A stretch of 64,000 bases of DNA from Actinomycetota bacterium (GCA_046728975.1 JBKPFU010000073.1:5095-69094); one strand, 5' to 3'; positions 46,357-56,344 are shown, numbered from the stretch's first letter. Made by a program: numbers and translations. Notes: generated from the sequence alone by a model not told the origin.

Positions 46357-47699
46357 GCGCGGATGACCTCGAGCACCTCGTCTCGCTTTTTCTCCATCAG
46401 GTCGCGCGAGCGGGCTTCGAGGTTGAGGCGCAGCAGGGGCTCCGTGTTGGAAGGGCGCACGTTCATGTGCCAATCGTTTGCGTCGACGGAGATCCCGTCC
46501 AGCTCGCTGACGTGCCCCTCTTTACCGAATCGCTCCCGGACCTCCTGGAGCTTGAGCCCGACGTCCGAGACCGGGGTGTTCAGCTCGCCGGTGATGAAGT
46601 AGTGCCCGCGGAACTCGTCCAGGATCTCCGACAGCTTGCGGTTCCTCTTCGAGACGAGCTCGAGCATGAGCAGGAATGGAATGACGCCCGAGTCGGCCTG
46701 CGAGAAGTTCCGGAAGTAGTAGTGGCCGGAGACCTCGCCGCCGAAGGCCGCGTCCTCCTCGCGCATCCGATGCTTGATGAACGCGTGCCCGACGCGGTTC
46801 ATCAGCGGCACGCCGCCGCCGCGCTCGATCGTCTCAGGAACGGCCCAGCTCGCCCGGACGTCGTAGATGATCTTCGCGCCCGGCTCCTTCTCGAGGACGG
46901 CCTCCGCGAGCAGCGCGGTCACGAAATCGCCCGGCACAAACTCGCCCGTGTCGTCGACGAAGAAGCAGCGGTCGGCGTCGCCGTCGAACGCGACGCCGAA
47001 GTCCGCGCCCTCCTCGAGCGTCTTGCGGACGATGAACTCGCGATTCTCGGGCAGCAGCGGGTTCGGCTCGTGGTTCGGGAATGTTCCGTCCGCCTCGAAG
47101 AAGAACGTCCGCGCCTCGACCGGCAGCCGCTGCAGCACCGGCGGCAGCATCGCCCCGGCCATCCCGTTCGCCGCGTCGATGACGACCCGCAGCGGCTTGA
47201 CGGCCTCGACGTCGATGAAGGACAGGACCTTGTTGACGAAGGCCGGATAGACGTCCTCCTTTCGGACCCGTCCAGGGGTCTGACCCCCGGACGCGTCGAA
47301 TCCGGCCAGGGCTCGGTCGCGGATGTCTAGCAGGCCCGAGTCGCCGCCGACGGGGAGCGCGCCCGCGCGGACGATCTTCATGCCGGTGTACTCCTTCGGG
47401 TTGTGCGAGGCGGTGACAGCGATCCCGCCGTCCAGCGCCCGGTCGCCGACGGCGAAATAGACCATCTCGGTCCCGACCAGGCCGATGTCGTAGACGTCGG
47501 AACCTCCCTCTGAGCTTCCTCGGATGACTGCTTCTGCCATCGCCGGCGATGAAACCCTCATGTCGTGGCCGACCGCTACGGACCGAGGCTCGAAGACCTC
47601 CACGTAGGCGCGAGCAATGGCGTAGGCGCCCTCCTCGTCGAGCTCTGTCGGGTAGATCCCGCGGATGTCGTACGCCTTGAACACCTTCGGGTCGAGCAC
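46353..47699 (-). CDS. Phosphomannomutase/phosphoglucomutase
   Basis: 448 aa. Active-site loop VTASHNP and metal loop DGDADR. Confidence 0.9.
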   Translation of the reverse strand: MLDPKVFKAYDIRGIYPTELDEEGAYAIARAYVEVFEPRSVAVGHDMRVSSPAMAEAVIRGSSEGGSDVYDIGLVGTEMVYFAVGDRALDGGIAVTASHNPKEYTGMKIVRAGALPVGGDSGLLDIRDRALAGFDASGGQTPGRVRKEDVYPAFVNKVLSFIDVEAVKPLRVVIDAANGMAGAMLPPVLQRLPVEARTFFFEADGTFPNHEPNPLLPENREFIVRKTLEEGADFGVAFDGDADRCFFVDDTGEFVPGDFVTALLAEAVLEKEPGAKIIYDVRASWAVPETIERGGGVPLMNRVGHAFIKHRMREEDAAFGGEVSGHYYFRNFSQADSGVIPFLLMLELVSKRNRKLSEILDEFRGHYFITGELNTPVSDVGLKLQEVRERFGKEGHVSELDGISVDANDWHMNVRPSNTEPLLRLNLEARSRDLMEKKRDEVLEVIRA

Positions 47700-47771
47700 G
47701 GGTCGGATCGTATGGGAACCCCAAAGGCGCGGCCGGTGTAGGAAGATTGTTCTCGAGACGAAGGAGACGCG

Positions 47772-48485
47772 ATGCGAACGCTGCTGGCTGTCGCCGCGCT
47801 CGCGCTACTGGCGCCGGCGACGGCGTCTGCGAAAGAGCTCGTAAAGCTCCAGGTTTGCGGCGCCTCGGCCTGCACCGCGATCACGGACAAGGCGCTGCTG
47901 ACCCGCATGGGCGAAGGCGGAGCGAGGGGGAACACGCCCGCGCTCGCCCCGTACTACAAGCTGATCTACACGATTGACGTGCCACAGGACGAAGGTGTTC
48001 CGCCCACTTTCGAGACGTGGTACGTGCCGAGCGTCGGCATCCAGGGCTCCGGTCGCGACGAGAAGGGCTTCGCGACCTGGTGGAAGCCGAATACCGAGTT
48101 CCGGGAGACGGTGGCGGCGGCGGCCACAGGCATCGAACCGTTCGCAAAGCCGCAGATCACCGAGGTGACGATCGGCGGCAAGGCGGTTGCGCGGCCCGCC
48201 ACCTACGAGCGGCTGCTCACCCTCAACGCGCGCCGTGGCTGGCGTGCAATCCGTGACTGGAAGAAGGTCTGGTTCGTCACGGATCGCCAGAGCCCGTGGT
48301 CGGACGGCGCGGCCCTCCGCTATTCGCCAAAGCGGGGCTACATCCACCGCGACGGCAGGACGATGGTGCTGCCGAAGGCCGTCGCCTCACGGATGCGCTC
48401 CGCGGCGGCGCTGAGCGGCGGCGCAATCGCCTGCGGATTCGTCTTCGCCGGCTTGCTCGCGTTCCGACTCCGGCGGCGCGGCTAA
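47772..48485 (+). CDS. Secreted protein with C-terminal hydrophobic anchor, function unknown
   Basis: 237 aa. Signal peptide MRTLLAVAALALLAPATASA. C-terminal GGAIACGFVFAGLLAFRLRRRG. RBS aaggag. Confidence 0.6.
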   Translation: MRTLLAVAALALLAPATASAKELVKLQVCGASACTAITDKALLTRMGEGGARGNTPALAPYYKLIYTIDVPQDEGVPPTFETWYVPSVGIQGSGRDEKGFATWWKPNTEFRETVAAAATGIEPFAKPQITEVTIGGKAVARPATYERLLTLNARRGWRAIRDWKKVWFVTDRQSPWSDGAALRYSPKRGYIHRDGRTMVLPKAVASRMRSAAALSGGAIACGFVFAGLLAFRLRRRG

Positions 48486-48504
48486 AAAGGGCACGAAAAA
48501 TCGC

Positions 48505-48540
48505 GACGAGCGGGGCATTTCGGCGCCCCGCTCGTCGTTT
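48505..48540 (+). terminator. Intrinsic-terminator-like hairpin (12-bp perfect stem, followed by GTTT)
   Basis: gacgagcggggc-atttcggc-gccccgctcgtc-gttt. It separates the anchored-protein gene from cyclase paralog 3. Confidence 0.6.
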
Positions 48541-48548
48541 CTAGACTT

Positions 48549-51503
48549 ATGGCCGTGGAGCGAAAGCTCGCGACAGTGCTGTTCGTGGATCTGGTCGACT
48601 CGACCTCCTTCGTGTCCTCGAGGGATCCGGAGGTCGTGCGCCGCCGCGTGAACGAGTACTTCCAGCGCGTCTCCCACTGCGTCACGACGCACGGAGGGAT
48701 CGTCGAGAAGTTCGCCGGGGACGCCGTCATGGCCGCGTTCGGGATCCCGCAGGCGCACGAGGACGACGCCGAGCGCGCGGTTCGCGCCGGGCTCGCGATC
48801 CTCGACACGGTGCGGGAGCTCGAGCTCGAGGCCCGCATCGGAGTCGAGTCCGGCGAGGTCGTGGCCGAGGACGGCGATTCGACATTCGCGACCGGCGAAG
48901 CCGTCAACCTCGCCGCCCGCCTCCAGCAGTCCGCGGAGAAAGGCGAGCTCCGGATCGGGCCCGGAGCGCACCGGCTCACCTTCGGCCGCTTCGAGGTCGA
49001 AGACGTCGGCCCGGTGGAGATCCGCGGCCGCGAGGAGCCGATCTGGGCGTGGAAGGCGGTCTGCGCTCGGCGAGACGGCGGCGGCCCGAGAAGCCTGGCC
49101 GCGCCGTTCATCGGCCGCGAAGGCGAGCTCGCCCTGCTCGAGAACACTTTCAACCGCGCGATCCGCGACCGCCGCGCGCACCTGTTCACCGCCTACGGCG
49201 AGCCCGGCGTCGGCAAGAGCCGGCTCGCGCGCGAGTTCGCAGAGAGCCTCGAGGGCGCAACAGTGCTCGCAGGCCGCTCGCTTCCGTACGGGGAGGGCGT
49301 CACGTACTGGCCGCTCGCGGAGATGGTCAAGTACGCGGCGGGGATCGCCGACGACGACCCGCTCGACGTCGCGATCGAGAAGCTTCGCGACACGTGCGAG
49401 GACGAGGTCGTGGCCGACCTGCTCGGCCTCGCTTCTGGTGTCCTCGAGGCCGTTCACGGTGAGCGCAGCCAGCAGGAGATCGCCTGGGCCGCGCGCGCGT
49501 GGGCGCAGCGGATGGCGCAGGAGCAGCCGCTCGTCCTCGTGTTCGAGGACATCCACTGGGCCGAGGATCCGCTGCTCGAGCTGATCGTGCACCTCTCGGA
49601 GTGGGTGCGGGACGCGCCTCTCTTGCTGCTCTGCATCGCGCGACCGGAGCTGCTCGACAACCGCCCGAACTGGGGTGGCGGCCGCCTCCGCGCGACCGCG
49701 ATCGAGCTGGAGCCCCTCCCGCGCGACGAGAGCGAGGAGCTGATGGCGGCGCTGCTCGAGGGCGCGGAGCTCTCGGAGCACGAGAGGGCCGAGCTGCTCG
49801 ACAAGACGGAGGGGAACCCACTGTTCGTCGAGGAAACGATCCGGATGGTCAGAGAGGAGGGGCTGGATGGCGTCACGGCGCGCATCCCGGACTCGCTCCA
49901 GGCCCTGATCGCCGCGCGCGTCGACAGGCTTCCGGCGGAGTCGAAGACGCTGATCCAGCGGGCGGCGATGATCGGTCGCATCTTCTGGGTCGGCGCGGTC
50001 GAGCATCTCGCGCCCGAGCTCGAGGACATCTCCGGTGTGATCGAGGATCTGCTCCTGCGCGACTTCATCCTCCCCGAGCAGCATTCGACGATCTCCGGCG
50101 AGACCGCCTACCGCTTCAAGCACGTGCTCATCCGCGAAGTCGCCTACTCGGGTCTCTCGAAGAGCGACCGCGCCGAGCACCACGCGCGCTTCGCCGAGTG
50201 GCTGAAGGAGCGCGCGGGAGAGGAGCTCCTCGAGATCCGCGCGTACCACCTCGACCACGCGACCCAGCTCCTCGCCGAGCTCGACGGCTCCGCGCCCGAG
50301 GAGCTTGCGCACGACGCCGCCGTGGCTCTCGAAGGCGCCGGCCGTCGCGCGCTGGCGCGCGAGGCGAACCGCTCGGCCCGCAAGCTTCTGGTGCGGGCGG
50401 TAGAGCTCGAGCCGACGCTCGAGCGCCGCTACCAGGCCGCCCGGGCAGCCTGGCGCCTTGCGGATCTTCCGACCGTGTCGATCGAGATGGAGCGTGTCCG
50501 CGCCGACGCAAAGGACGCCGGCGACAATGCGATCGAGGCTCGCGCGCTGGCCGCTCTCGCCGAAGAGGCGCTCTTCCGCGGCGCCGATCTCGAGGAAGCG
50601 GAGCGGCTGGCAGGACGCGCGCTGGAGATCGTGGACGACGACGATCTCGCCGGCCGCTACGAGGCCCTCGGGCAGCTTCAGATCGCGGCCTGGTGGAAGG
50701 GCGACGTTAGCGAGTCGGAGCGCTACGCAAACGAGCAGCACGAGATCGCGCGGGCCACGGGACGCGCCGATCTCGAAGCGCACGCGGCGGCGGAGCTCGC
50801 GCAGCTCCGTCTCCTCCGTGGGGATTCGGCGGGCGCCGAGCGTCTGCTCGAGCAGGCGCGGAGGCTTGCGGAGCAGAGCGGGTCGCTGATCTCGGAGGCG
50901 TGGGTGATGATCGGCCTCGGCGATTTCTACGGTTCCCGCGACGAGCTGGAAGCGGCCGAGGCGGCCCTGGGTCGCGCGATCGAGCTCTTCTCGGAGGCCG
51001 GCAACCAGTCGATGCTCGGCCGGGCGCACTTCCGTCTCGCTCGGGTTATCGCGCGGCAGGGCGACGCCAAGGCCGCCGAGCGCCTCTACCGCGAGTCGAT
51101 TCGCGTGCTGAAGGCCCTGGAGGACCGCGGCACGCTCTGCGAGGCGCAGCGCGGGATCGCGCAACTGATGCTCGAGCGGGGTGATCTCGACGAAGCCGAG
51201 AAGTTCGCATTGAAGGCGCGCGAGACGGTCGGCCCGCAGGACGTCACGTCGCTGTCGACGACCGCGATGACCCTCGGGCTCGTTCGAGCTGCGCAGGGCC
51301 TGGACGAGGAAGCGGAGGCACTCCTACGCGAGGCGGTCGAGAGGATCGCGCCGACGGACTGCGTGAAGCTCCAGAACGAGCCGTTCGAGGCGCTCGCTCA
51401 GTTCCTCCGCGAACGCGGTCGCGACGACGAGGCGGCGGCGGTCGACGCTCGCCTCGAGGACCTCCGGCCGGACGCCGAGACCAGCGCCGCGCGCACGGCC
51501 TGA
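48549..51503 (+). CDS. Class III cyclase / STAND AAA ATPase / TPR protein (paralog 3, no Zn ribbon)
   Basis: 984 aa. FVDLVDST, EKFAGDAVMAAFG, NLAARLQ. Walker A GEPGVGKSRLA. HWAEDPLLELI and GNPLFVEETIRMV blocks, then a TPR-like C-terminus. Confidence 0.9.
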   Translation: MAVERKLATVLFVDLVDSTSFVSSRDPEVVRRRVNEYFQRVSHCVTTHGGIVEKFAGDAVMAAFGIPQAHEDDAERAVRAGLAILDTVRELELEARIGVESGEVVAEDGDSTFATGEAVNLAARLQQSAEKGELRIGPGAHRLTFGRFEVEDVGPVEIRGREEPIWAWKAVCARRDGGGPRSLAAPFIGREGELALLENTFNRAIRDRRAHLFTAYGEPGVGKSRLAREFAESLEGATVLAGRSLPYGEGVTYWPLAEMVKYAAGIADDDPLDVAIEKLRDTCEDEVVADLLGLASGVLEAVHGERSQQEIAWAARAWAQRMAQEQPLVLVFEDIHWAEDPLLELIVHLSEWVRDAPLLLLCIARPELLDNRPNWGGGRLRATAIELEPLPRDESEELMAALLEGAELSEHERAELLDKTEGNPLFVEETIRMVREEGLDGVTARIPDSLQALIAARVDRLPAESKTLIQRAAMIGRIFWVGAVEHLAPELEDISGVIEDLLLRDFILPEQHSTISGETAYRFKHVLIREVAYSGLSKSDRAEHHARFAEWLKERAGEELLEIRAYHLDHATQLLAELDGSAPEELAHDAAVALEGAGRRALAREANRSARKLLVRAVELEPTLERRYQAARAAWRLADLPTVSIEMERVRADAKDAGDNAIEARALAALAEEALFRGADLEEAERLAGRALEIVDDDDLAGRYEALGQLQIAAWWKGDVSESERYANEQHEIARATGRADLEAHAAAELAQLRLLRGDSAGAERLLEQARRLAEQSGSLISEAWVMIGLGDFYGSRDELEAAEAALGRAIELFSEAGNQSMLGRAHFRLARVIARQGDAKAAERLYRESIRVLKALEDRGTLCEAQRGIAQLMLERGDLDEAEKFALKARETVGPQDVTSLSTTAMTLGLVRAAQGLDEEAEALLREAVERIAPTDCVKLQNEPFEALAQFLRERGRDDEAAAVDARLEDLRPDAETSAARTA

Positions 51504-52285
51504 TGTGACGTCTCGTCCGGCGACTCGCTGATCACGGTCGCCGGGCGCTTGAAGCGGACCAGCGCTTCGCCTAGCGGCTCGGCGCGGAGCGTCCCTTCGC
51601 CGTACGCGAGGTGCTTCGTCTCGTTGCGGTTGGCGAAGGCAATGTCGGAGAAGTGGATGTGGAAAGGCGCCTTCGGCGGTAGCAGCGCGTCGGCGGCGGC
51701 GAGCACGTCCGCGAACGCCTCGACCTCGGTGAACGCGCCGTCGGAGGTCGCATGCAGGTGCGCGAAATCAAGGACGGGCCGGACCCATCCGCACCGTCCC
51801 GCGATGGCGAAGACGTCCTCCGCGCTGCCCAGGTCGTTCACCCGGCCCATGATCTCGACTCCGAACGGGACGGCTCGGCCCTTACCCTCTAACCGCTCTC
51901 GCAGCTCCCCCAGTTGCTCGCAGACGGAGCCGATCGCCACGTCACGCTCACGGCCGAGCAGGAACCCGGGGTGGAATACGACCAGCTCTGCCCCGGCAGC
52001 TGTTGCGATTCCCGCCGAGTGATCGAGCATGCCCACCGCCATCCGCTGCTTCTTGTCGCGCTCGACGTGGCCCATGAACCCCGCGATCGGCGCATGAACG
52101 GAGAGGACGATCCCGTTCGCGCGCGCGAGCTCCCCGAACCGCTCGGCCCAGGGGTAATCCATCCAGAACTTGCCCTCGAAGTCGATCTCGCATGCGTTGT
52201 AGCCACGCTCGCGCAGCAGCTCGATCGCAGCCTCGGGGCTCTCGCGCGACGGGACCCGAGCGGGCCCGAAGTGGAGCTTCGTCAT
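51398..52285 (-). CDS. Xylose-isomerase-like TIM-barrel protein (sugar phosphate isomerase/AP endonuclease 2 fold)
   Basis: ATG at 52285 (MTKLHFGPA...) inside ORF 51398..52354. Blocks SVHAP and VVFHPG. The last ~33 codons (R/S-rich) overlap the 3' end of the convergent cyclase gene. Confidence 0.75.
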   Translation of the reverse strand: MTKLHFGPARVPSRESPEAAIELLRERGYNACEIDFEGKFWMDYPWAERFGELARANGIVLSVHAPIAGFMGHVERDKKQRMAVGMLDHSAGIATAAGAELVVFHPGFLLGRERDVAIGSVCEQLGELRERLEGKGRAVPFGVEIMGRVNDLGSAEDVFAIAGRCGWVRPVLDFAHLHATSDGAFTEVEAFADVLAAADALLPPKAPFHIHFSDIAFANRNETKHLAYGEGTLRAEPLGEALVRFKRPATVISESPDETSHQAVRAALVSASGRRSSRRASTAAASSSRPRSRRN

Positions 52286-52338
52286 TCGGTCCAGCGTATC
52301 CGCGGGGTGCCGTCCGACGGCCTCTCTACGCTCAGCAC

Positions 52339-52581
52339 ATGGCCAAGAAGCCAAGCCGAATCGACCTTCTCGAGCTCGACATCGACCTCCGCCTGAGTGA
52401 CCTCTGGCGCGAGGCGAGCGAGATCGGGGAGTGGAACCTCGAGGTCGTCGCCGCCTTCATGCGGGCCGCCTACGGGAAGGGCTATTGCGACGCCTTGACG
52501 GAGGATTCGCCGGGGTCGCTCTGCGAGGAGCACGGGTACCGCGTGCCCGCACGGCGTCCGGCGCCGGCCGCCGAGGTTTAG
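52339..52581 (+). CDS. Hypothetical small protein
   Basis: ATG at 52339 inside ORF 52192..52581. 80 aa with coding-like composition. Confidence 0.45.
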   Translation: MAKKPSRIDLLELDIDLRLSDLWREASEIGEWNLEVVAAFMRAAYGKGYCDALTEDSPGSLCEEHGYRVPARRPAPAAEV

Positions 52582-52646
52582 GCACCCCCTCGCTAGAATC
52601 GGCGCCCGGAAGGCACCGGTGTGCGGTGCCGTGATCAGCGCGCCTC

Positions 52647-52973
52647 ATGAGCTGGGAACTTCTCCTCGGTCTGCTCCTTGCAGTCGCGTGCGTCGTCTTC
52701 GTCGCGCGGCCGTTCCTTCGGGATCCCGAAGGGCGCAACGACCGCCTCGGCGAGCCCGATCCGGAGGAACGCCTTCGGCTGGAGCTCGCCGAGGAGCGCG
52801 ACCGGGCGCTCGCGGCGCTGAAGGAGCTCGAGTTCGACCATCGCACCGGTAAGGTCAGCGACGAGGACTACCGCGAGCTCGTCGGGCCGCTGCGGCACCG
52901 AGTCGCGGCCGCCCTGCGGGCCCTGGACGGAAAGAAGGAGGCGCCCGTCGACAAAGCGAGGATCCGTGGCTAA
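52647..52973 (+). CDS. Single-pass membrane protein with charged helical tail
   Basis: 108 aa. N-terminal TM segment WELLLGLLLAVACVVFVA. Confidence 0.5.
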   Translation: MSWELLLGLLLAVACVVFVARPFLRDPEGRNDRLGEPDPEERLRLELAEERDRALAALKELEFDHRTGKVSDEDYRELVGPLRHRVAAALRALDGKKEAPVDKARIRG

Positions 52974-53646
52974 CTGCCGGAACTGCGGCAGCGCGCTCCC
53001 GGACGGGAGTCGCTTCTGTCCTGAATGCGGCGTTCGCGTCTCGTCCGAGGGCGACACGGCGATCGACGAGCTCCCAACGGAGGAGACCGGCCCGGTTCCC
53101 GTGAACGTCGTCCGAGGCCGTCCGCGGTTGATCGAGGCCGCAGGGCGGGTCTCGGGCAGTTTATTCGGCTCCCTCCGCGCCCAGGCCGGAGCCGCCGCGG
53201 ACGCGGTCGGGGCCTATTCGGGCGCACAGCTGGAGCTCATTCGGCTTCGCCGGGAGGTGTCCGCGCTTGTCGCTCAACGAGCGGAGGCGGCGCGCGCTTT
53301 GGGCGAGGCAGTGTACGGTGGCGACGACGAGTCGCGAGAATCCGCTGCAAATCGCATGCGTCAGCTCGACGAGGCGATCTCAGCCAAGGAGGGCGAGATG
53401 AACCAGGTAGCCGAGAAGGCGAGGAAGCGCATCGACCGCGCGCACCTCCAGGTGCAGCCGACAGAGGTGGTCGAGCCGCCGGCGCCCGAGCCTTCGCCCG
53501 TGCCGTCGGAGCCGCCGGCCCCCATCCACGTGCCCGAGCCTGCCCCCGTTCCGTCCGAGCCGCCCGCTCCCCAACCTGTGCCCGAACCGCGGCCCGAGCC
53601 GTCCCCGCCGGCCGTGCCCGCTCCCGAGGCACCTCAGGAGGAGTAG
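52966..53646 (+). CDS. Zn-ribbon / coiled-coil / proline-rich protein
   Basis: 226 aa. CRNCGS..FCPECG zinc ribbon, a helical middle part, and PxPEP repeats at the C-terminus. 8-nt overlap with the upstream gene. Confidence 0.6.
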   Translation: MANCRNCGSALPDGSRFCPECGVRVSSEGDTAIDELPTEETGPVPVNVVRGRPRLIEAAGRVSGSLFGSLRAQAGAAADAVGAYSGAQLELIRLRREVSALVAQRAEAARALGEAVYGGDDESRESAANRMRQLDEAISAKEGEMNQVAEKARKRIDRAHLQVQPTEVVEPPAPEPSPVPSEPPAPIHVPEPAPVPSEPPAPQPVPEPRPEPSPPAVPAPEAPQEE

Positions 53647-53686
53647 CGCGAGCGGCCGGGCAGGGACGTCCGGCCGGGTCCCGAAC

Positions 53687-54895
53687 ATGAGGCACGTGGC
53701 CAGGCGGTTCGCTCCCGCGCTCGTCGCCTTGCTTCTGCTCGCGCCCACGGCGAGCGGGGATGTCGCAACACGGAAGCAGTCGATCGATGCCCGGCTCGGG
53801 CGCCTGCACGAACAGATCGCCGCGGCGCAGCGGCAGGAGCAGGCTTTGTCGGCGCAAATCGCCGACGTCACTTCTCAGATCCGCAGCCTCGAGGCCCGCG
53901 TCGTCGACGTCTCGAGCCGGCTGGCGACGCTCGAGCACGATCTCGCCCTCTACCAGGAGAAGCTCGATCGCCTCGCCGCGCTCTTTCGGCTCGAGACGAA
54001 GCGCCTCAATTTCCTGCGCGGGCAGTATCGGGTTTCGCTCGAGCGGTTGAACTCGAGGCTCGTCGCGATCTACGAGTCCGGCGACATCGACACGCTCGGA
54101 GTGCTGTTCTCGGCGTCGAACTTCTCCGATGCCGTCGACGACCTCGAATACCTGACCGAGCTCGCGCAGCAGGACCGCCGGATTGCGCTCGATGTGGACG
54201 CCGCAAAGGAGCAGGCGCGGATCGCGCGGGCACGCACGAAGAAGCTCCGCGACCGCGTCGCGGCGACCACCCGCGCCGTCGCTTACCGAACGGCGCAGGT
54301 TCGGACCGTGCGGAACACGCTGCTCGCCTCCGAGCACCAGCTCTCGAGCTCGCGATTGCGCAAACAGCGCTCGCTCGCGGGTGCGCGTTCCGCCGAGCGT
54401 GAGGCCGCGAGCGAGGCCGGGGCGCTCGCCCAGGTCAGCGCGCAGCTCGGGGCGCAGATCGCGGCGGCCCAGGCCGCGCGCGCCGCCTCCGCTTCGTCCT
54501 CCTCCGCTTCGTCGGACACGACACCCTCGTCGAGCGGGCTCATCTGGCCCGTCAGCGGCCCCGTCGTCAGCGGCTTCGGAATGCGCTGGGGCCGTTTGCA
54601 CGCAGGGATCGACATTGCCGCTCCCTCGGGGACGCCGATTCATGCCGCGGCGTCCGGCACCGTCATCTACGCCGGCTGGATGAGCGGTTACGGAAACCTT
54701 CTCGTGATCGATCACGGAGGCGGCCTCGCAACCGCCTACGGCCATCAGTCGAGCGTCGCGGCCGGGAATGGACAGGGCGTCTCGCAGGGCCAGGTGATCG
54801 GTTATGTCGGCTGCACCGGGCACTGCTTCGGCCCGCACCTGCATTTCGAGGTGCGCGTGAACGGGTCGCCGGTCGATCCCCTCGGCTACCTCTGA
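53687..54895 (+). CDS. Secreted M23 peptidase with long N-terminal coiled coil (EnvC-like architecture)
   Basis: 402 aa with a signal peptide. M23 motifs HAGIDIAAPSGTP and GPHLHFEV. Confidence 0.85.
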   Translation: MRHVARRFAPALVALLLLAPTASGDVATRKQSIDARLGRLHEQIAAAQRQEQALSAQIADVTSQIRSLEARVVDVSSRLATLEHDLALYQEKLDRLAALFRLETKRLNFLRGQYRVSLERLNSRLVAIYESGDIDTLGVLFSASNFSDAVDDLEYLTELAQQDRRIALDVDAAKEQARIARARTKKLRDRVAATTRAVAYRTAQVRTVRNTLLASEHQLSSSRLRKQRSLAGARSAEREAASEAGALAQVSAQLGAQIAAAQAARAASASSSSASSDTTPSSSGLIWPVSGPVVSGFGMRWGRLHAGIDIAAPSGTPIHAAASGTVIYAGWMSGYGNLLVIDHGGGLATAYGHQSSVAAGNGQGVSQGQVIGYVGCTGHCFGPHLHFEVRVNGSPVDPLGYL

Positions 54896-54998
54896 TCGGG
54901 GAGCCGTATCCCGTTTCGCAACTCAGGCGTTTCTAACTTGTAAGTCGTAAGAAGGCGCGTCTGATCGCGTCTTCTCGCGACGCATTCGTCTCCCGACG

Positions 54999-55033
54999 GC
55001 GCCGGCCGCCCGTGAATTCGGGCGGCCGGGCGC
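54999..55033. terminator. GC-rich hairpin between convergent genes (candidate bidirectional terminator)
   Basis: gcgccggccgccc-gtgaattc-gggcggccgggcgc (13-bp stem with one bulge). Confidence 0.55.
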
Positions 55034-55054
55034 TAAGAGGGCTCGGTGGAATTC

Positions 55055-56344
55055 CTATGTGAGGCCGAACGTCTGCGCGAGCAGGAAGACGTTCAGCGCC
55101 GAGATCAACGTGGCGACCACGGCCGCCGTCACCGTGGTCGCGCGCCGGTTCGCGAGCGGGCCCATGATGTCGCGGCGGCTGGTGAACATGACAAGCGGGA
55201 TCAGCGCGAACGGGATGCCGAACGAGAGCACGACCTGACTGATCACCAGCGTCCGGGACGGATCGACCCCGATCCCGATCACGAGCAGCGCCGGGATCAT
55301 CGTTACCGCGCGCCGGACGAAGAGGGGAATCCGGCGGCGGATGAAGCCTTGCATCACGACCTGACCGGAAAGCGTCCCGACGGTCGAGCTCGAGAGACCG
55401 GAGGCGAGCAGCGCGAGTGCGAAGAGGGTGCTCGAGGCGCCGCCGAGGATCGGCTCCAGCGTTCGATGCGCGCCCTCCAGCGAATCGACGTCGTTCAGCC
55501 CGCTCTCGAAGAAGACGCTCGCGGCCATCACGAGCATCGACATGTTGATCACACCCGCGATCGACATCGCGATGATCACGTCGATCCGCGTGTACTTGTA
55601 GAGCTTCTTCGCCTCCGCGTCGTTCTGGGGAACAACGCGGTTCTGCAGCAGCGCCGAGTGGAGGTAGATGACGTGCGGCATCACGGTCGCACCGAGGATC
55701 CCGACGGCGAGCAGCACCGACTCCGAGCCGGCGAAGGCGGGGACGACGGCGTGATGGGCGACCGAGCCGAGCGGAGGATCGGCGTAGAAGAGCTCGGCAA
55801 TGTACGAGACGCCGATCACGCCCACGAGGGAGGCGATCACCACCTCGAACGGCCGGAAGCCGAAGCGCTGAAGCCCGAGGATCGCGAAAGTGACGGCCCC
55901 GGTGATCAGCGCCGCCGGAAAGAGGTCGATCCCGAGGAGCAGATGGAAGCCGAGCGCCGCGCCGAGGAACTCGGCCAGGTCGGTCGCCATCGCGATGAGC
56001 TCGGCCTGAATCCAGAGCCCGATCGTGGTCTTGCGCGCAAAGCGCTCCCGGCAGACCTCCGGCAGGTTCCGGCCGGTGGCGATGCCGAGTTTCGCCGACA
56101 GCGTCTGGATCAGCATCGCCATCAGGTTCGAGGCGACGATCACCCAGACGAGCGTGAAGCCGAACTTCGAGCCCCCTGCGATGTTCGTGGCGAAGTTGCC
56201 GGGATCCATGTACGCGACGCACGCGACAAACGCCGGGCCGAGGAACGGAAGGATCCGGAGCGGGTGGGGGGCGCCGCGAAGAACGCGCTCGGCGGCCCCG
56301 ATCGGCTGCGCGGCAGCGACAGCGTCTGCGCGCGTGGCCATCAT
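55055..56344 (-). CDS. mntH: Nramp-family divalent metal (Mn/Fe) transporter MntH
   Basis: 429 aa. DPGNFATNI signature, polytopic. Confidence 0.9.
   Translation of the reverse strand: MMATRADAVAAAQPIGAAERVLRGAPHPLRILPFLGPAFVACVAYMDPGNFATNIAGGSKFGFTLVWVIVASNLMAMLIQTLSAKLGIATGRNLPEVCRERFARKTTIGLWIQAELIAMATDLAEFLGAALGFHLLLGIDLFPAALITGAVTFAILGLQRFGFRPFEVVIASLVGVIGVSYIAELFYADPPLGSVAHHAVVPAFAGSESVLLAVGILGATVMPHVIYLHSALLQNRVVPQNDAEAKKLYKYTRIDVIIAMSIAGVINMSMLVMAASVFFESGLNDVDSLEGAHRTLEPILGGASSTLFALALLASGLSSSTVGTLSGQVVMQGFIRRRIPLFVRRAVTMIPALLVIGIGVDPSRTLVISQVVLSFGIPFALIPLVMFTSRRDIMGPLANRRATTVTAAVVATLISALNVFLLAQTFGLT

Noticed and set aside
48387-51164. 925-aa minus-strand ORF
   Set aside because: It is the antisense shadow of cyclase-STAND paralog 3, whose + frame carries all the recognisable motifs. 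The same reasoning applies to 21086-22855(+), 4248-5489(+), 13302-15032(+), 16162-17295(-), 18577-19923(+), 53237-54844(-), 55046-56368(+), 60786-62285(-) and 61688-62863(-).
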